Part shown: positions 28,366 to 37,236 of the stretch, piece by piece
Numbering within the stretch: the first letter of the stretch is position 1
Layout: the number at the start of each line of letters is the position of its first letter
Virus record (IMG/VR): IMGVR_UViG_3300025617_000031
Location: 1 to 53,855 of that record
Reading direction: 5' to 3' (one strand)
Length of the DNA: 53,855 nucleotides
Origin: a virus
Taxonomy: Duplodnaviria > Caudoviricetes
The notes under the pieces: model-generated
Database searches by the model: none
What the model saw: the letters and a program-made list of their open reading frames with translations, nothing else
What the model was told of the DNA's origin: nothing
Made by a program: the position numbers and the translations under genes

Positions 28366-28940
28366 TAGTAGATGTCCTCTCTAAGGATATTTTCCACTTC
28401 CGATAAAAGGGTATCAAGATATGATGAGTCTAGTAATTTTATTTCCGTGCGTTCATCGTTTTGAATAACTTCCCATTCATATGCACTATATGATCTTCTC
28501 TTATTTTCTGTAAGAGTGTTATAGGTAGTTTCATCAATTTCTAAAATTTTCTCTGGAATATCGATATATGAGGTTTTCTGTCTTTCCCGAACGATTTTAA
28601 AATATTTTTCAGTGGTCTCATATGCTGTTTGAAGAGACCCATATTTTTTAATAATATATCGATTAAAATCTTCACCAAAAAGAGGCCAATCAAATGTTGG
28701 GTGTAAAATTTTATTGTATAATAAAACAATCCAATCATACTTAGAACTACCATAGTATTTTTCTGCGATGGTATCGGGACGATCTCCGTGCTGAATGGTG
28801 TAACTATAATATGTATCCAGTTTATTCTGAGTGTCTTTGTCAAACGCAAATCTTCTAAGAATGTTTGTTAGTTGGACTTTATTATTCGTTTTTTCTAAAT
28901 CGTAACCAATCTTTGGAAAAAATGTAAAGTAATTCGACAT
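28365..28940 (-). CDS. gp53: Baseplate wedge subunit gp53
   Basis: YF.FFPKI.Y; YTIQHGDRPDTIAEKYYGSSKYDWIVLLYN...DWP (LysM-like); YEWE...ND.R..IKLL. Confidence 0.92.
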   Translation of the reverse strand: MSNYFTFFPKIGYDLEKTNNKVQLTNILRRFAFDKDTQNKLDTYYSYTIQHGDRPDTIAEKYYGSSKYDWIVLLYNKILHPTFDWPLFGEDFNRYIIKKYGSLQTAYETTEKYFKIVRERQKTSYIDIPEKILEIDETTYNTLTENKRRSYSAYEWEVIQNDERTEIKLLDSSYLDTLLSEVENILREDIY

Positions 28941-30038
28941 TTAGTAATCCCTTCTGTGCACAGTTTCTCTTGTCACAATCTTAGTTTCTTGGAAATTTAA
29001 CTGTATTTCTATAGAAACAGGTTCATTTGTATTTTCAAAAAATATTGGAAATCCTTCACCATTATAGTTTACCGACATGCCTTTAAGAACACAATCACCG
29101 ATCCGATATAAACTGTATTCCAAGTCTTTTGAGAACCGGATCCGGAATTCATTTGGATACTCTAACAAGAGTCCTTGTCCTGCATATGATGGCAACATGT
29201 AAGTCTCAAACCGTTTGATTATTCTTTTTAATGTGTCTGACTCCGATTGATTCCGTGCGATGAACTTGTATGTGAATTGATGTTCTCTGAAGTTAGAACC
29301 TTGGAATACAACTGCCATATGAGGATTAACTGCTAAACCTGTCGCAATAGATAAACCACCTGCGACCCCAGAACCAACTCCCCCTGCGGCAAGCAAACCT
29401 GCAACAGCACCACCTGCTCTTGCGGCAATTGCAGTAGCACCACCTGCAAGTGCTCCACCTGTTGCGACCTCTTTATACTTTTCTATTGATGTTGTATTAC
29501 CAGTTCCAATTGCCTCGACAAAATCACCAAGAACATTACCTGCCGCATCAATAGCAGCGGCACCTGCATTCATAAGATCTTGTCCGGTCACCATACCTGC
29601 CATCGCACCACCTGCAAGTCCAAGATTTTCATTTTGATAGTTCAATGAATGTGAATGAACTAGATTCGCAGGGATGGGTAATACGATTGATTTGAGAGTT
29701 TTTCTCTCGACATTGGATCTTCTTGCTTGCCTATTTCTCTGCAAAATATCAATGATGATGTATTGAGTACCATCAAGATCCTCGGGGAATTTTAAATCTG
29801 TTGCTTTTTCTTTTTGATACAATTCTCTGAGAGGACCGTCTGCTTCAGATTGCTCGACTTCTTTTTGTAGAAGGTTATTGAAGTTTGCATTAATCGATAA
29901 TCCATTTCTGCCAAAACCTACGGCAAACGCACCCTTACCACCAGCTTCGTTGATAGAATTATTAAGCAATCCTTTTGCTTCAGTAACTGTCGACTTAATA
30001 CTGTTACCAAATTGTTTTTTTAGATTTATTTTCGGCAT
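28941..30038 (-). CDS. gp48: Baseplate tail-tube cap gp48
   Basis: IVLPIP...; NPHM.VVFQG.NFREHQF.YKF.ARN..ES..LK.II; YPNEF; CVL..MSVNY; I.LNFQE. Confidence 0.85.
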   Translation of the reverse strand: MPKINLKKQFGNSIKSTVTEAKGLLNNSINEAGGKGAFAVGFGRNGLSINANFNNLLQKEVEQSEADGPLRELYQKEKATDLKFPEDLDGTQYIIIDILQRNRQARRSNVERKTLKSIVLPIPANLVHSHSLNYQNENLGLAGGAMAGMVTGQDLMNAGAAAIDAAGNVLGDFVEAIGTGNTTSIEKYKEVATGGALAGGATAIAARAGGAVAGLLAAGGVGSGVAGGLSIATGLAVNPHMAVVFQGSNFREHQFTYKFIARNQSESDTLKRIIKRFETYMLPSYAGQGLLLEYPNEFRIRFSKDLEYSLYRIGDCVLKGMSVNYNGEGFPIFFENTNEPVSIEIQLNFQETKIVTRETVHRRDY

Positions 30039-30045
30039 ATAAATA
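30038..30045 (+). promoter_or_regulatory. Late promoter for gp4
   Basis: Exact TATAAATA 5 nt upstream of the gp4 ATG. Confidence 0.75.
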
Positions 30046-30050
30046 TCCGT

Positions 30051-30497
30051 ATGGCATATCGTGGTAAGTTCGTCCCAAGGTTTCCTGAGAAATACAAAGG
30101 TGACCCTAAAAATATCGTATACCGTTCTCTATGGGAACGGGACTGCATGCGTTACTTCGACGGTAATCCTAATGTCATCTATTGGGCATCAGAAGAAGTC
30201 CAAGTCCCCTATTTATCTCCCATCGACGGAAGATGGCACCGTTACTTTCCAGATTTCTTAATACGAGTCCGCAAAAAGAATGGTGAGACCGAGACCGTTA
30301 TGATCGAGGTCAAACCTCAGAAAGAGACACGAGAACCAAAAGTAAGACAACGCATCACTAAGAACTATTTATACGAGGTAAAAACATGGGGCACAAATCA
30401 GGCAAAATGGAAACACGCAGAAGAATATTGTAAGGATCGAAATTGGAAATTTGTTATCTGGACTGAACAAGAGATCTACGGAAAGTCTTATAAATAG
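30051..30497 (+). CDS. gp4: Head completion nuclease gp4
   Basis: MAYRGKF.P..PEKYKGDP.NIVYRSLWE; WASEE..VPY.SP.DGR.HRYFPDF; IEVKP; NQAKW..A. Confidence 0.95.
   Translation: MAYRGKFVPRFPEKYKGDPKNIVYRSLWERDCMRYFDGNPNVIYWASEEVQVPYLSPIDGRWHRYFPDFLIRVRKKNGETETVMIEVKPQKETREPKVRQRITKNYLYEVKTWGTNQAKWKHAEEYCKDRNWKFVIWTEQEIYGKSYK
30366..30373 (-). promoter_or_regulatory. Candidate late promoter for the gp48-gp53 operon, embedded in gp4
   Basis: Exact TATAAATA on the - strand about 330 nt upstream of gp48; the gp48/gp4 intergenic gap is only 12 bp. Confidence 0.55.
30489..30496 (+). promoter_or_regulatory. Late promoter for gp2
   Basis: Exact TATAAATA 4 nt upstream of the gp2 ATG. Confidence 0.75.
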
Positions 30498-30500
30498 GGT

Positions 30501-31091
30501 ATGGCACAAATATTCGATGAAATCCTCGCACGAGGTGTCCGTCAGGGACAGATCCCTGCACGATCTCAAGAAGCAAGAGACTGGTTCCGTCAAAAAGCAC
30601 GGCAATCACGGTCTAACGCTGCGTACCCCAAAAACATCATCGATAGTTCAGATAAAAGAAAACCCCGTCTCGGTCCGGGACGAATGCTCACGTTTTTCTA
30701 CGATCCAAAGACAAAAGCAGATCTGCCGTACTACGATAGATTTCCATTGATATTTTTCGTCCAACCTGCAAAAGGTGGATTCCACGGTATCAACTTACAC
30801 TATCTACCACCAAGACTTCGTGCAGTGTTAATGGATCGTTTGTATGAGTTAGCATCAGACAAAAAGTATAATGAAGATACACGACTAGAAATGTCATATA
30901 AGATCTTAAATGGTGCGTCTAAATATAACTACTTTAAACCCACATTTAAACATTACCTATTTAATCATGTACAGTCACGGGTTGTGGAGGTTTCGTCTGC
31001 TGAGTGGGATATCGCATTGTTCTTGCCAACAGAACGATTCGAAAAGGCAAGCAAGTCGACCGTATGGAAAGATAGTAGGAAAATGATCTAA
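30501..31091 (+). CDS. gp2: DNA end protector protein gp2
   Basis: FFYDPKTK..LPYYDRFPL...GINLHYLPP.LR; KP.FKHYL..HV.S; WDIALFLPTE.F...VW.DSR. Confidence 0.95.
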   Translation: MAQIFDEILARGVRQGQIPARSQEARDWFRQKARQSRSNAAYPKNIIDSSDKRKPRLGPGRMLTFFYDPKTKADLPYYDRFPLIFFVQPAKGGFHGINLHYLPPRLRAVLMDRLYELASDKKYNEDTRLEMSYKILNGASKYNYFKPTFKHYLFNHVQSRVVEVSSAEWDIALFLPTERFEKASKSTVWKDSRKMI

Positions 31092-31834
31092 TGCCATTCA
31101 ATATACAAAACATAGTATCAGAATTAACAAAGAGTGGAACAGCAAAGACATCGCACTTTGAAGTACAGATCACGGGTGTCGATGGTGACGAAAGAGCAAT
31201 GATTCATCGTTGCGACACTGCGGAACTTCCGGGAAGAACTATTACTACCGCAGAGACACGATTCGGTAACTATGGTCCGGTTGCAAAAGTTGCATACAAT
31301 CAAGTGTATACTGATGTTACAATGTCTTTCCTTCTGAGTGAAGATATGAGGGAAAAGGAATACTTTGAAAAATGGCATCAGGCAATTTTGGGAACTGGTG
31401 CTTTTGAGGGAGGAAGCACTTCCAGTGACTTTAATGGTTTTGGTGGTATGACAAAGTTCGCAGTAGGATATTACGACGACTATGTTGGTACAGTTGAAAT
31501 ACGACAGTTCGGTGAAGGAGGTGATTTAAGATCAATTCACACATTAAATCAAGCATACCCTATGATTCTTGGTGGGGTTGCTATGAATTGGGCAGATGAG
31601 TCTGTCGCAAAACTTACTGTTACCTTTGCATATAGAAATTATAAATGCGTATTCAAAAAACAAGACCAACCGGGACTTGGATCAGGATTCTCACTACGTC
31701 TTGATAAGACAGGAATCTCTGCCAGCTTTAGAAATTCACTAGGTAATATCGGATTTGATAGTGCAATCGGCACAAGTGCTAACATCGATCTAGGTAGAGT
31801 CGGCAAAATAGCAAAATCAGCAAACCTTATATAA
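31091..31834 (+). CDS. Tail-tube-family protein, probable baseplate tail-tube initiator (gp54-like)
   Basis: CDTAELPGRTI.T; Y.DVTMSF..SED..EKEYFEKW; YYDDYVG.VEIRQ; AYP...W....KLTVTFAYR; lies between gp2 and gp26. Confidence 0.75.
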   Translation: MPFNIQNIVSELTKSGTAKTSHFEVQITGVDGDERAMIHRCDTAELPGRTITTAETRFGNYGPVAKVAYNQVYTDVTMSFLLSEDMREKEYFEKWHQAILGTGAFEGGSTSSDFNGFGGMTKFAVGYYDDYVGTVEIRQFGEGGDLRSIHTLNQAYPMILGGVAMNWADESVAKLTVTFAYRNYKCVFKKQDQPGLGSGFSLRLDKTGISASFRNSLGNIGFDSAIGTSANIDLGRVGKIAKSANLI

Positions 31835-31857
31835 TTAATATTGATTAGGAGATTATC

Positions 31858-32553
31858 ATGACATTACCATCACTAGGAACTCCGGAGTTCCATACAACAA
31901 TTCCTTCAACAGGACAGGAAATTGCATACCGTCCATTCTTAGTCAAAGAAGAAAAGATTCTTCTTATGGCAATGGAAGGAGAAGAAGATAAAGAAATTCA
32001 ACATGCAATTCTTACTATCCTAGAGGATTGCATTATTACAGATGTCGATGTTAATAAACTCGCAGTGTTTGACATCGAGTATCTGTTTTTAAAACTTCGT
32101 GGTAAATCTGTCGGTGAAATGATCGATCTTAAAATATCTCATACAGATTCAGATTGCGACCACAAAACAGAAATTAGAATTAATCTCGATGATATCAATG
32201 TAAAAGGTGATATCACAGATGGTAAGGTGCAATTGACCGATGATATCGGTGCCAAACTTCGTTATCCAACAATTGCCGATGCGACCAGATATGACTCAGG
32301 TTCTCCGGAAGGAATGTTTAAAATGATCGCATCATGTGTAGAATTTATTTATGATCAAAATAATGTATATCAAGACTTTACAGTAGATGAAATGGTTGAG
32401 TGGTTAGGTGGGTTAAATCAAAGTGCTTTCCAAAAAGTAACTTCTTTCTTTGAAAATCTTCCGAAACTTACTCACGACATCAAATGGACATGTAAAAAGT
32501 GTGGAGAAAATGATACCGTGAAACTGGAGGGACTCAACAGTTTTTTTATGTAG
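31858..32553 (+). CDS. gp26: Baseplate hub assembly protein gp26
   Basis: LP.L.TP....IPSTG..I.YRPFLVKEEKILLMA; FDIEYLFLKLRGKSVGE; CxxC; ends LEGLNSFFM. Confidence 0.93.
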   Translation: MTLPSLGTPEFHTTIPSTGQEIAYRPFLVKEEKILLMAMEGEEDKEIQHAILTILEDCIITDVDVNKLAVFDIEYLFLKLRGKSVGEMIDLKISHTDSDCDHKTEIRINLDDINVKGDITDGKVQLTDDIGAKLRYPTIADATRYDSGSPEGMFKMIASCVEFIYDQNNVYQDFTVDEMVEWLGGLNQSAFQKVTSFFENLPKLTHDIKWTCKKCGENDTVKLEGLNSFFM

Positions 32554-32726
32554 CACTTAGTCATGATTCGTTGGGCAATTTTTATCAATTGAACTTCGCA
32601 TTGATGCAACATCATAAATATAGTTTGACAGAACTAGATAATATGATACCGTTTGAACGTGACATTTATGTCACTCTGTTGAAAAACTACCTTGAAGAAG
32701 AAGAAGAAAAACTAAAACAGAGGTAA
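32547..32726 (+). CDS. gp51: Baseplate hub assembly catalyst gp51-like reading frame (no ATG at its 5' end; -1 frame relative to gp26)
   Basis: Manual translation YVALSHDSLGNFYQLNFALMQHHKYSLTELDNMIPFERDIYVTLLKNYLEEEEEKLKQR; first in-frame ATG only at 32604. Confidence 0.85.
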   Translation, partial: YVALSHDSLGNFYQLNFALMQHHKYSLTELDNMIPFERDIYVTLLKNYLEEEEEKLKQR

Positions 32727-32728
32727 AC

Positions 32729-33061
32729 ATGACAGAAGAAATCGAAAAGGCAGGATACCATCCTGCAGATACTAACGGTGATGGTGTTGTTACTGAACAA
32801 GAACATGAAATGTATATGGAATTTAAAAGAAAAGAACTGGAAGACAAAGACGCACAACGTGACGCTATTCGCAAGATGGCATGGTTTGCATTGATTGGAT
32901 TACTTATCTATCCAATCGGTATTGCGTTAACATCACTGCTCGGATTGGAGACAGCAAGTCAGTTGATTGCAGATATCGCTCCAACTTACTTTGCATCAAT
33001 CGCTGTGCTAGTATCGGCTTTCTTTGGTGCGGACGCTATTGCGCAGAAAGGCAAAAAGTAA
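32729..33061 (+). CDS. Small membrane protein with an N-terminal EF-hand-like loop and two TM segments
   Basis: DTNGDGVVTEQE loop; hydrophobic MAWFALIGLLIYPIGIALTSLLG and YFASIAVLVSAFFG; SD GAGG. Confidence 0.8.
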   Translation: MTEEIEKAGYHPADTNGDGVVTEQEHEMYMEFKRKELEDKDAQRDAIRKMAWFALIGLLIYPIGIALTSLLGLETASQLIADIAPTYFASIAVLVSAFFGADAIAQKGKK

Positions 33062-34984
33062 ATGGCAAATCTACCAACAGTCCCACAATCTGATGTTGAA
33101 GATGCAATCAATAAGTTGAATAATCAGACTCTTGCAGTCGGTGAAAACACTTTTCAGCAACTAAAAATCAATACTGGATTGTTACAGTCTATCAGTGAAA
33201 CTCTCTTGCAAGGGTTGGCATTGGAAGAAACACGGCAAGCATTAGAAAAGCAACGTGAGGGACTGTTGATAGAAGCACTGCGTGAGAAGAAAGATGATAA
33301 GGGCAGTGGACTCGATGACAACAAAAACAAAAAACTTTCTCTAAAAGATTTATTAGGTTTTGATCCAAAAGGATTAGAACTCGCACTTCTAGCAGCGGCA
33401 CTTGGTGCCGCGGCAATCGCACTTAAAACACAATTAGAAGAAGTCGCAACAGCAATTCAAGGATTCGTTGCATTCAAACTTGGTTCTAAAGCAATGGACT
33501 TGTTCAAAGGGTTGGGTAGAATGATACTCAAACCATTTGAAATGGTTGCTAATGCCGCAAGAGGTGTGCGCAATTCTGTACAACAATCTAAATTAGCAGG
33601 ACGACTCGCATCACTCGCAGACGATTTCAAGAAGATGAAGTTCCCTATTACGATGGGATTAATTACTTCTGGATTCATGGCATTACGGGATGCAATCTTA
33701 GTTAAGTTTGGTATCAATCCAAATGGACGACAGATGCGAGATCCTGTCACAGGGAAATTTATCAAGGGCAAAATGACGATCACTCAACAGATCGCAGAAG
33801 ACTTTGGTAAATTATTTAAACGCATTACTGCACCATTGACTACACTGTTTGATGATGCACTAAAAGCAGTTAAATCTCGTATCCCTGCACCAATTACTTT
33901 TATGATGGATAGTGTTGTGGTGTTCTTCACCAAAACAGCATCTTTTGTCAGAGGATTATTTACTACAACTGACGATGTATCAAAGGTAACAAAAGAAGCA
34001 GGTATTATTGGCAAGTTCTTTAGTGGAGTTGCAACAGTCTTAAAGACTACGGGTGGTATACTTGGTGAATTGCTACAACCAGTAAAAGCAGTTCTAGGAT
34101 TCCTAGGAGGAGTAGTATTTGATACAATTGGTGGATTCTTTAAAACAACTGGATCCGTAATCTCTGGTTTGTTTGATTTTATACAACCAGTTTTAAAACC
34201 ATTGAAATCTGTGTTGGGTATCGTAGGTAAGTTTTCAATTATCCTCACACCATTTTTCGCATTGTATGATTTCATCGTAGGATTTTGGGAAGGTTATACA
34301 TCAAGCGAAGGTTCTGTACTTGCAGGACTTGAAGGAGGTTTGCTTGAAGTCTTCCGAGGATTCTTTACGAAACCACTCGACTTGTTGCGTGAATACATCG
34401 TCGCACCGTTCGTTGGTCTGTTCAGTAAAGACGCAGAGAAAGCAGTCAAAGACTTTAGTATTACTGAACTATTCAATAGTGCTTACAACGGTATTAAGAC
34501 ATTCGTTAAAGAGTTGATTGGTAATCCGGGAGGAACAATCAAAGGTATTGTTGCGAACCTACCGAACCCCATTGACTTTATCGGTGAGAAGCTGTATGCA
34601 ATCTTCGCAGGAGTTTCGGAGTGGATTCAAGGAAAATCTTTCCTTCCGGATTTCCTTGCATCACCATTTGATTTTCTTGCCGAACAAATTGCATCGGTAT
34701 TTAATATTGATGCAAAATCTGGTACTGCGATCAAACCACAGATCGAGGGTAATGCGCAAATGGGTGCGGGAGGAACTTCTGCATCAACAGTATCACAGAA
34801 GACTGCATCAGTACAAGAATCACAATCAAGCAAACCTGTCATTGCAACAGTCAACGCACCACAGACAACAATGCAGACGACGAATAACAATAGTCGTTCT
34901 CAGCATATTAATATGGGTGGCGGTGCAACTAACAACAGTGCACCTAAGACAGTTGTCGATGATCCGATGAACGGATTCTCATAA
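33062..34984 (+). CDS. Probable tail tape-measure/hub protein (gp29-like)
   Basis: 640 aa of amphipathic helical G/F/L/K-rich sequence; RDPVTGKFIK motif; S/T/N/Q-rich C-terminus (NAPQTT..NNN); follows gp26-gp51. Confidence 0.65.
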   Translation: MANLPTVPQSDVEDAINKLNNQTLAVGENTFQQLKINTGLLQSISETLLQGLALEETRQALEKQREGLLIEALREKKDDKGSGLDDNKNKKLSLKDLLGFDPKGLELALLAAALGAAAIALKTQLEEVATAIQGFVAFKLGSKAMDLFKGLGRMILKPFEMVANAARGVRNSVQQSKLAGRLASLADDFKKMKFPITMGLITSGFMALRDAILVKFGINPNGRQMRDPVTGKFIKGKMTITQQIAEDFGKLFKRITAPLTTLFDDALKAVKSRIPAPITFMMDSVVVFFTKTASFVRGLFTTTDDVSKVTKEAGIIGKFFSGVATVLKTTGGILGELLQPVKAVLGFLGGVVFDTIGGFFKTTGSVISGLFDFIQPVLKPLKSVLGIVGKFSIILTPFFALYDFIVGFWEGYTSSEGSVLAGLEGGLLEVFRGFFTKPLDLLREYIVAPFVGLFSKDAEKAVKDFSITELFNSAYNGIKTFVKELIGNPGGTIKGIVANLPNPIDFIGEKLYAIFAGVSEWIQGKSFLPDFLASPFDFLAEQIASVFNIDAKSGTAIKPQIEGNAQMGAGGTSASTVSQKTASVQESQSSKPVIATVNAPQTTMQTTNNNSRSQHINMGGGATNNSAPKTVVDDPMNGFS

Positions 34985-35007
34985 AAAAGGGGGACATTGC
35001 GTCCCCC
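34983..35007 (-). terminator. Rho-independent terminator after gp32
   Basis: - strand GGGGGACG-CAA-TGTCCCCC-TTTTTT (GC stem, GCAA-type loop, U-tract) between convergent genes. Confidence 0.88.
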
Positions 35008-35028
35008 GTGCTACAATGGCATTGTAAC

Positions 35029-35940
35029 TTATTCGTTTGCTAACTTTTCAAAGAATGACAAACTGTCGTCATCATCGTCAGTAGTACCTGTATCCCAAGG
35101 GATCTCATCGGTCTTAGGAGCAGAAGCAGTCTTTGCGACTGGTGCTTCTACTACGTTTTCCGCATAAGCAGAACGAGGTGCAGGAGCAGAAACTCCGAGA
35201 GCACGATCTAACTTCTGTGAAAGTTCATCAAACGACTTGAACTTCTCAGGTGCAACGATATCCTGAAGAGGATTGAGAGAGTTGTATACTTCTTCAAGTT
35301 TCTCATCATCACCGTCGAATAGTTCTGATGGTGCATCGAACTCAGACTTATCGTAGTTACGATAACCGTCGACTTGACGGATCTTGAGTTTAAAGTCAGC
35401 ACCTTCCCAGAAATCAAATGGATTTACTGGACTTTCGTCTTCGAACTCTGGTTGCATAAGATCATTGATCTTATCCCAGATCTTCTTACCATACTTGTAC
35501 AAGAACACCTTACCTTCGTTCTGAGGGTTTGATGGATCCTTGACAACAAGAATGTTAGAGTAGTAAGACAAACGACGCTTCTGCTTACGAGCAATGTCTT
35601 TGTTAGAATCTAGACCAGAGTTCCAGAGTTCGTTGTTCTTCTTACAGAGAGGGCATTCACCACCTAATGTGGTAGGGCAATTCTCAATGTACCATCCACC
35701 CGGACCTTGGAACCCGTGATCGAACATGCGTACCCAAGGCAATTCTTCACCTTGTGCTTCTGGTAAGAAACGGATAACTGCATAACCATTACCTGCCTTG
35801 TCGACAGTTGGTTTCCATACGAGGTCTTCAGTACCACTACCTTGAGGTGCACCACCTTCAGATAGTTTTGCTGATTCAGAGATGAGTTTGTTCAATGAAG
35901 ATGAACGGGACTTTTTGAGGTTTGCAAATGAATTTGCCAT
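35029..35940 (-). CDS. gp32: Single-stranded DNA-binding protein gp32
   Basis: WKPTVDKAGNGYAVIRFLP; HGFQGPGGWYIENCPTTLG..CPLC; GKVFLYKYGKKI; NPFDFWEGADFKLKIR..GYRNYDKSEF; acidic tail SFFEKLA. Confidence 0.97.
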   Translation of the reverse strand: MANSFANLKKSRSSSLNKLISESAKLSEGGAPQGSGTEDLVWKPTVDKAGNGYAVIRFLPEAQGEELPWVRMFDHGFQGPGGWYIENCPTTLGGECPLCKKNNELWNSGLDSNKDIARKQKRRLSYYSNILVVKDPSNPQNEGKVFLYKYGKKIWDKINDLMQPEFEDESPVNPFDFWEGADFKLKIRQVDGYRNYDKSEFDAPSELFDGDDEKLEEVYNSLNPLQDIVAPEKFKSFDELSQKLDRALGVSAPAPRSAYAENVVEAPVAKTASAPKTDEIPWDTGTTDDDDDSLSFFEKLANE

Positions 35941-36005
35941 AATCGTATTTCCTTGTATTGCGATGTATTAACTTCGTATCCACTTTATACATAATGTATT
36001 TCTAT

Positions 36006-36034
36006 ATATTACACCAATTAGGGGATGGTGTCAA
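36006..36034 (-). promoter_or_regulatory. Sigma70-type promoter upstream of gp32
   Basis: TTGACA-17-TAATAT in the intergenic region. Confidence 0.65.
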
Positions 36035-36047
36035 CCCTTATATTTAG

Positions 36048-36263
36048 TTATTTTCCGTCGTCATTAAATTTTCTGAGTTCAGAAACTGCATACGACCAGT
36101 TGACTTCAAGTTCTTTGATTCTTGTTTTGAGTTCTTGGTTCTCCTTTTTCAATGTCGAGATCTCATTCTGTAAGTCGAAAAGTTCGCAATTGAGATTCTT
36201 GCGCAACTCACGGAACATGCGTGAACGAACATCACCTAGATTTGTTAGTGCTTCTCTAATCAT
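36048..36263 (-). CDS. Small coiled-coil hypothetical protein
   Basis: Overlaps the gp59 stop; heptad pattern LQNEISTLKKENQELKTRIKEL. Confidence 0.65.
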   Translation of the reverse strand: MIREALTNLGDVRSRMFRELRKNLNCELFDLQNEISTLKKENQELKTRIKELEVNWSYAVSELRKFNDDGK

Positions 36264-36870
36264 TGAAAGTCTCCAATATTATTTGTTTCCATTTATCACT
36301 TGACGCATCAGTAAAATGGTACAGGAAAGGACGGTACTTATGAATCAGTTCTACCACATCATCCATAATAATATCATTCTTGCCTGACCAATACTTGGTA
36401 AAGTGTACCAGATCATCAATGATGATCAAAGTCTCTAGTGACACCTTACCCCTTTGATAGAGACGAAAAATCAGTGGGTGCTTCCCATCTCTATACACAA
36501 GCAGGTTATCAAACTTCTCCTCTTTCTCACTGAGATATTGCATCTCTTCTTTGAAGATATATGACATCGACTCAATTTTCATTTTCCACTTCTTGTATGC
36601 AATTTCATTCTTTGCATTCAACATATCACCTAACCATCCATTTTCGGTTGATCGGTCAGTAATCAGTGCGACGATGTACTTGATGAAGTCATCTCTTTTA
36701 AAACGACGAGATGCCTTCTCAAAAATATATTTATCTTTCCTTGCCTCGTAAGATTCAGGTTTTGTTCTCATTTTTCCACGGTACTTAAAAAAATCATACC
36801 GTCCTTTGAAATGCGCATTCACCGCATTCCAAGTTTCATAACATTGAAATCCACTCATCTCATCACTCAT
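36256..36870 (-). CDS. gp59: Helicase loader gp59
   Basis: GFQCY....AV..HF..YDFFKYRGK...Y..RKDKYIFEK; HPLI..LY..GKVSLETL..ID; KYRPFL; synteny gp33-gp59-gp32. Confidence 0.9.
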   Translation of the reverse strand: MSDEMSGFQCYETWNAVNAHFKGRYDFFKYRGKMRTKPESYEARKDKYIFEKASRRFKRDDFIKYIVALITDRSTENGWLGDMLNAKNEIAYKKWKMKIESMSYIFKEEMQYLSEKEEKFDNLLVYRDGKHPLIFRLYQRGKVSLETLIIIDDLVHFTKYWSGKNDIIMDDVVELIHKYRPFLYHFTDASSDKWKQIILETFND

Positions 36871-37088
36871 AAAGGTAGTCGTGCAGGTTTCTCCAAAAAG
36901 TTCAGTTCTTCTGCTTCATATCTTAGTTTTTCTTTGATCACATTATTACATAATTTTGCCGCAACTTCAATCTCCATTTCATTTTTTTCACAATACCAAA
37001 CTATTGCATCCATATAAGGTATTCTTTTTTCTTGGACTACTTTTTCTATCAATAAAGAAAATTTTTGAGTAGTCATTAGGTCTAACAT
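36867..37088 (-). CDS. gp33: Late transcription coactivator gp33
   Basis: KFSLLIEKVV.EK.IPYMDAIVWYCE.NE.EIE.AAKL....IKEKL..EAEELNFL. Confidence 0.93.
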   Translation of the reverse strand: MLDLMTTQKFSLLIEKVVQEKRIPYMDAIVWYCEKNEMEIEVAAKLCNNVIKEKLRYEAEELNFLEKPARLPL

Positions 37089-37120
37089 TTATTACTCCTA
37101 TGTAATACTACTGTTTAATT

Positions 37121-37149
37121 AATATACCACATAGTAATGGTTTAGTCAA
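37121..37149 (-). promoter_or_regulatory. Sigma70-type promoter upstream of gp33
   Basis: TTGACT-17-TATATT with TG extension. Confidence 0.65.
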
Positions 37150-37155
37150 GTTCGA

Positions 37156-37167
37156 TATTTATAAATA
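37156..37167. promoter_or_regulatory. Palindromic, potentially bidirectional late promoter
   Basis: TATTTATAAATA contains an exact TATAAATA on both strands, in a divergent intergenic region. Confidence 0.7.
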
Positions 37168-37236
37168 GTATCTCTAATCATTTGATTGAAATCCCCTTCA
37201 TTATTTTTATATCATGAGTCACAGAAGGAAGAACTC

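Noticed and set aside
33192-34970. Several 60-163 aa alternative-frame and antisense ORFs within the tape-measure-like gene
   Set aside because: Fully nested shadows with no recognisable motifs or RBS
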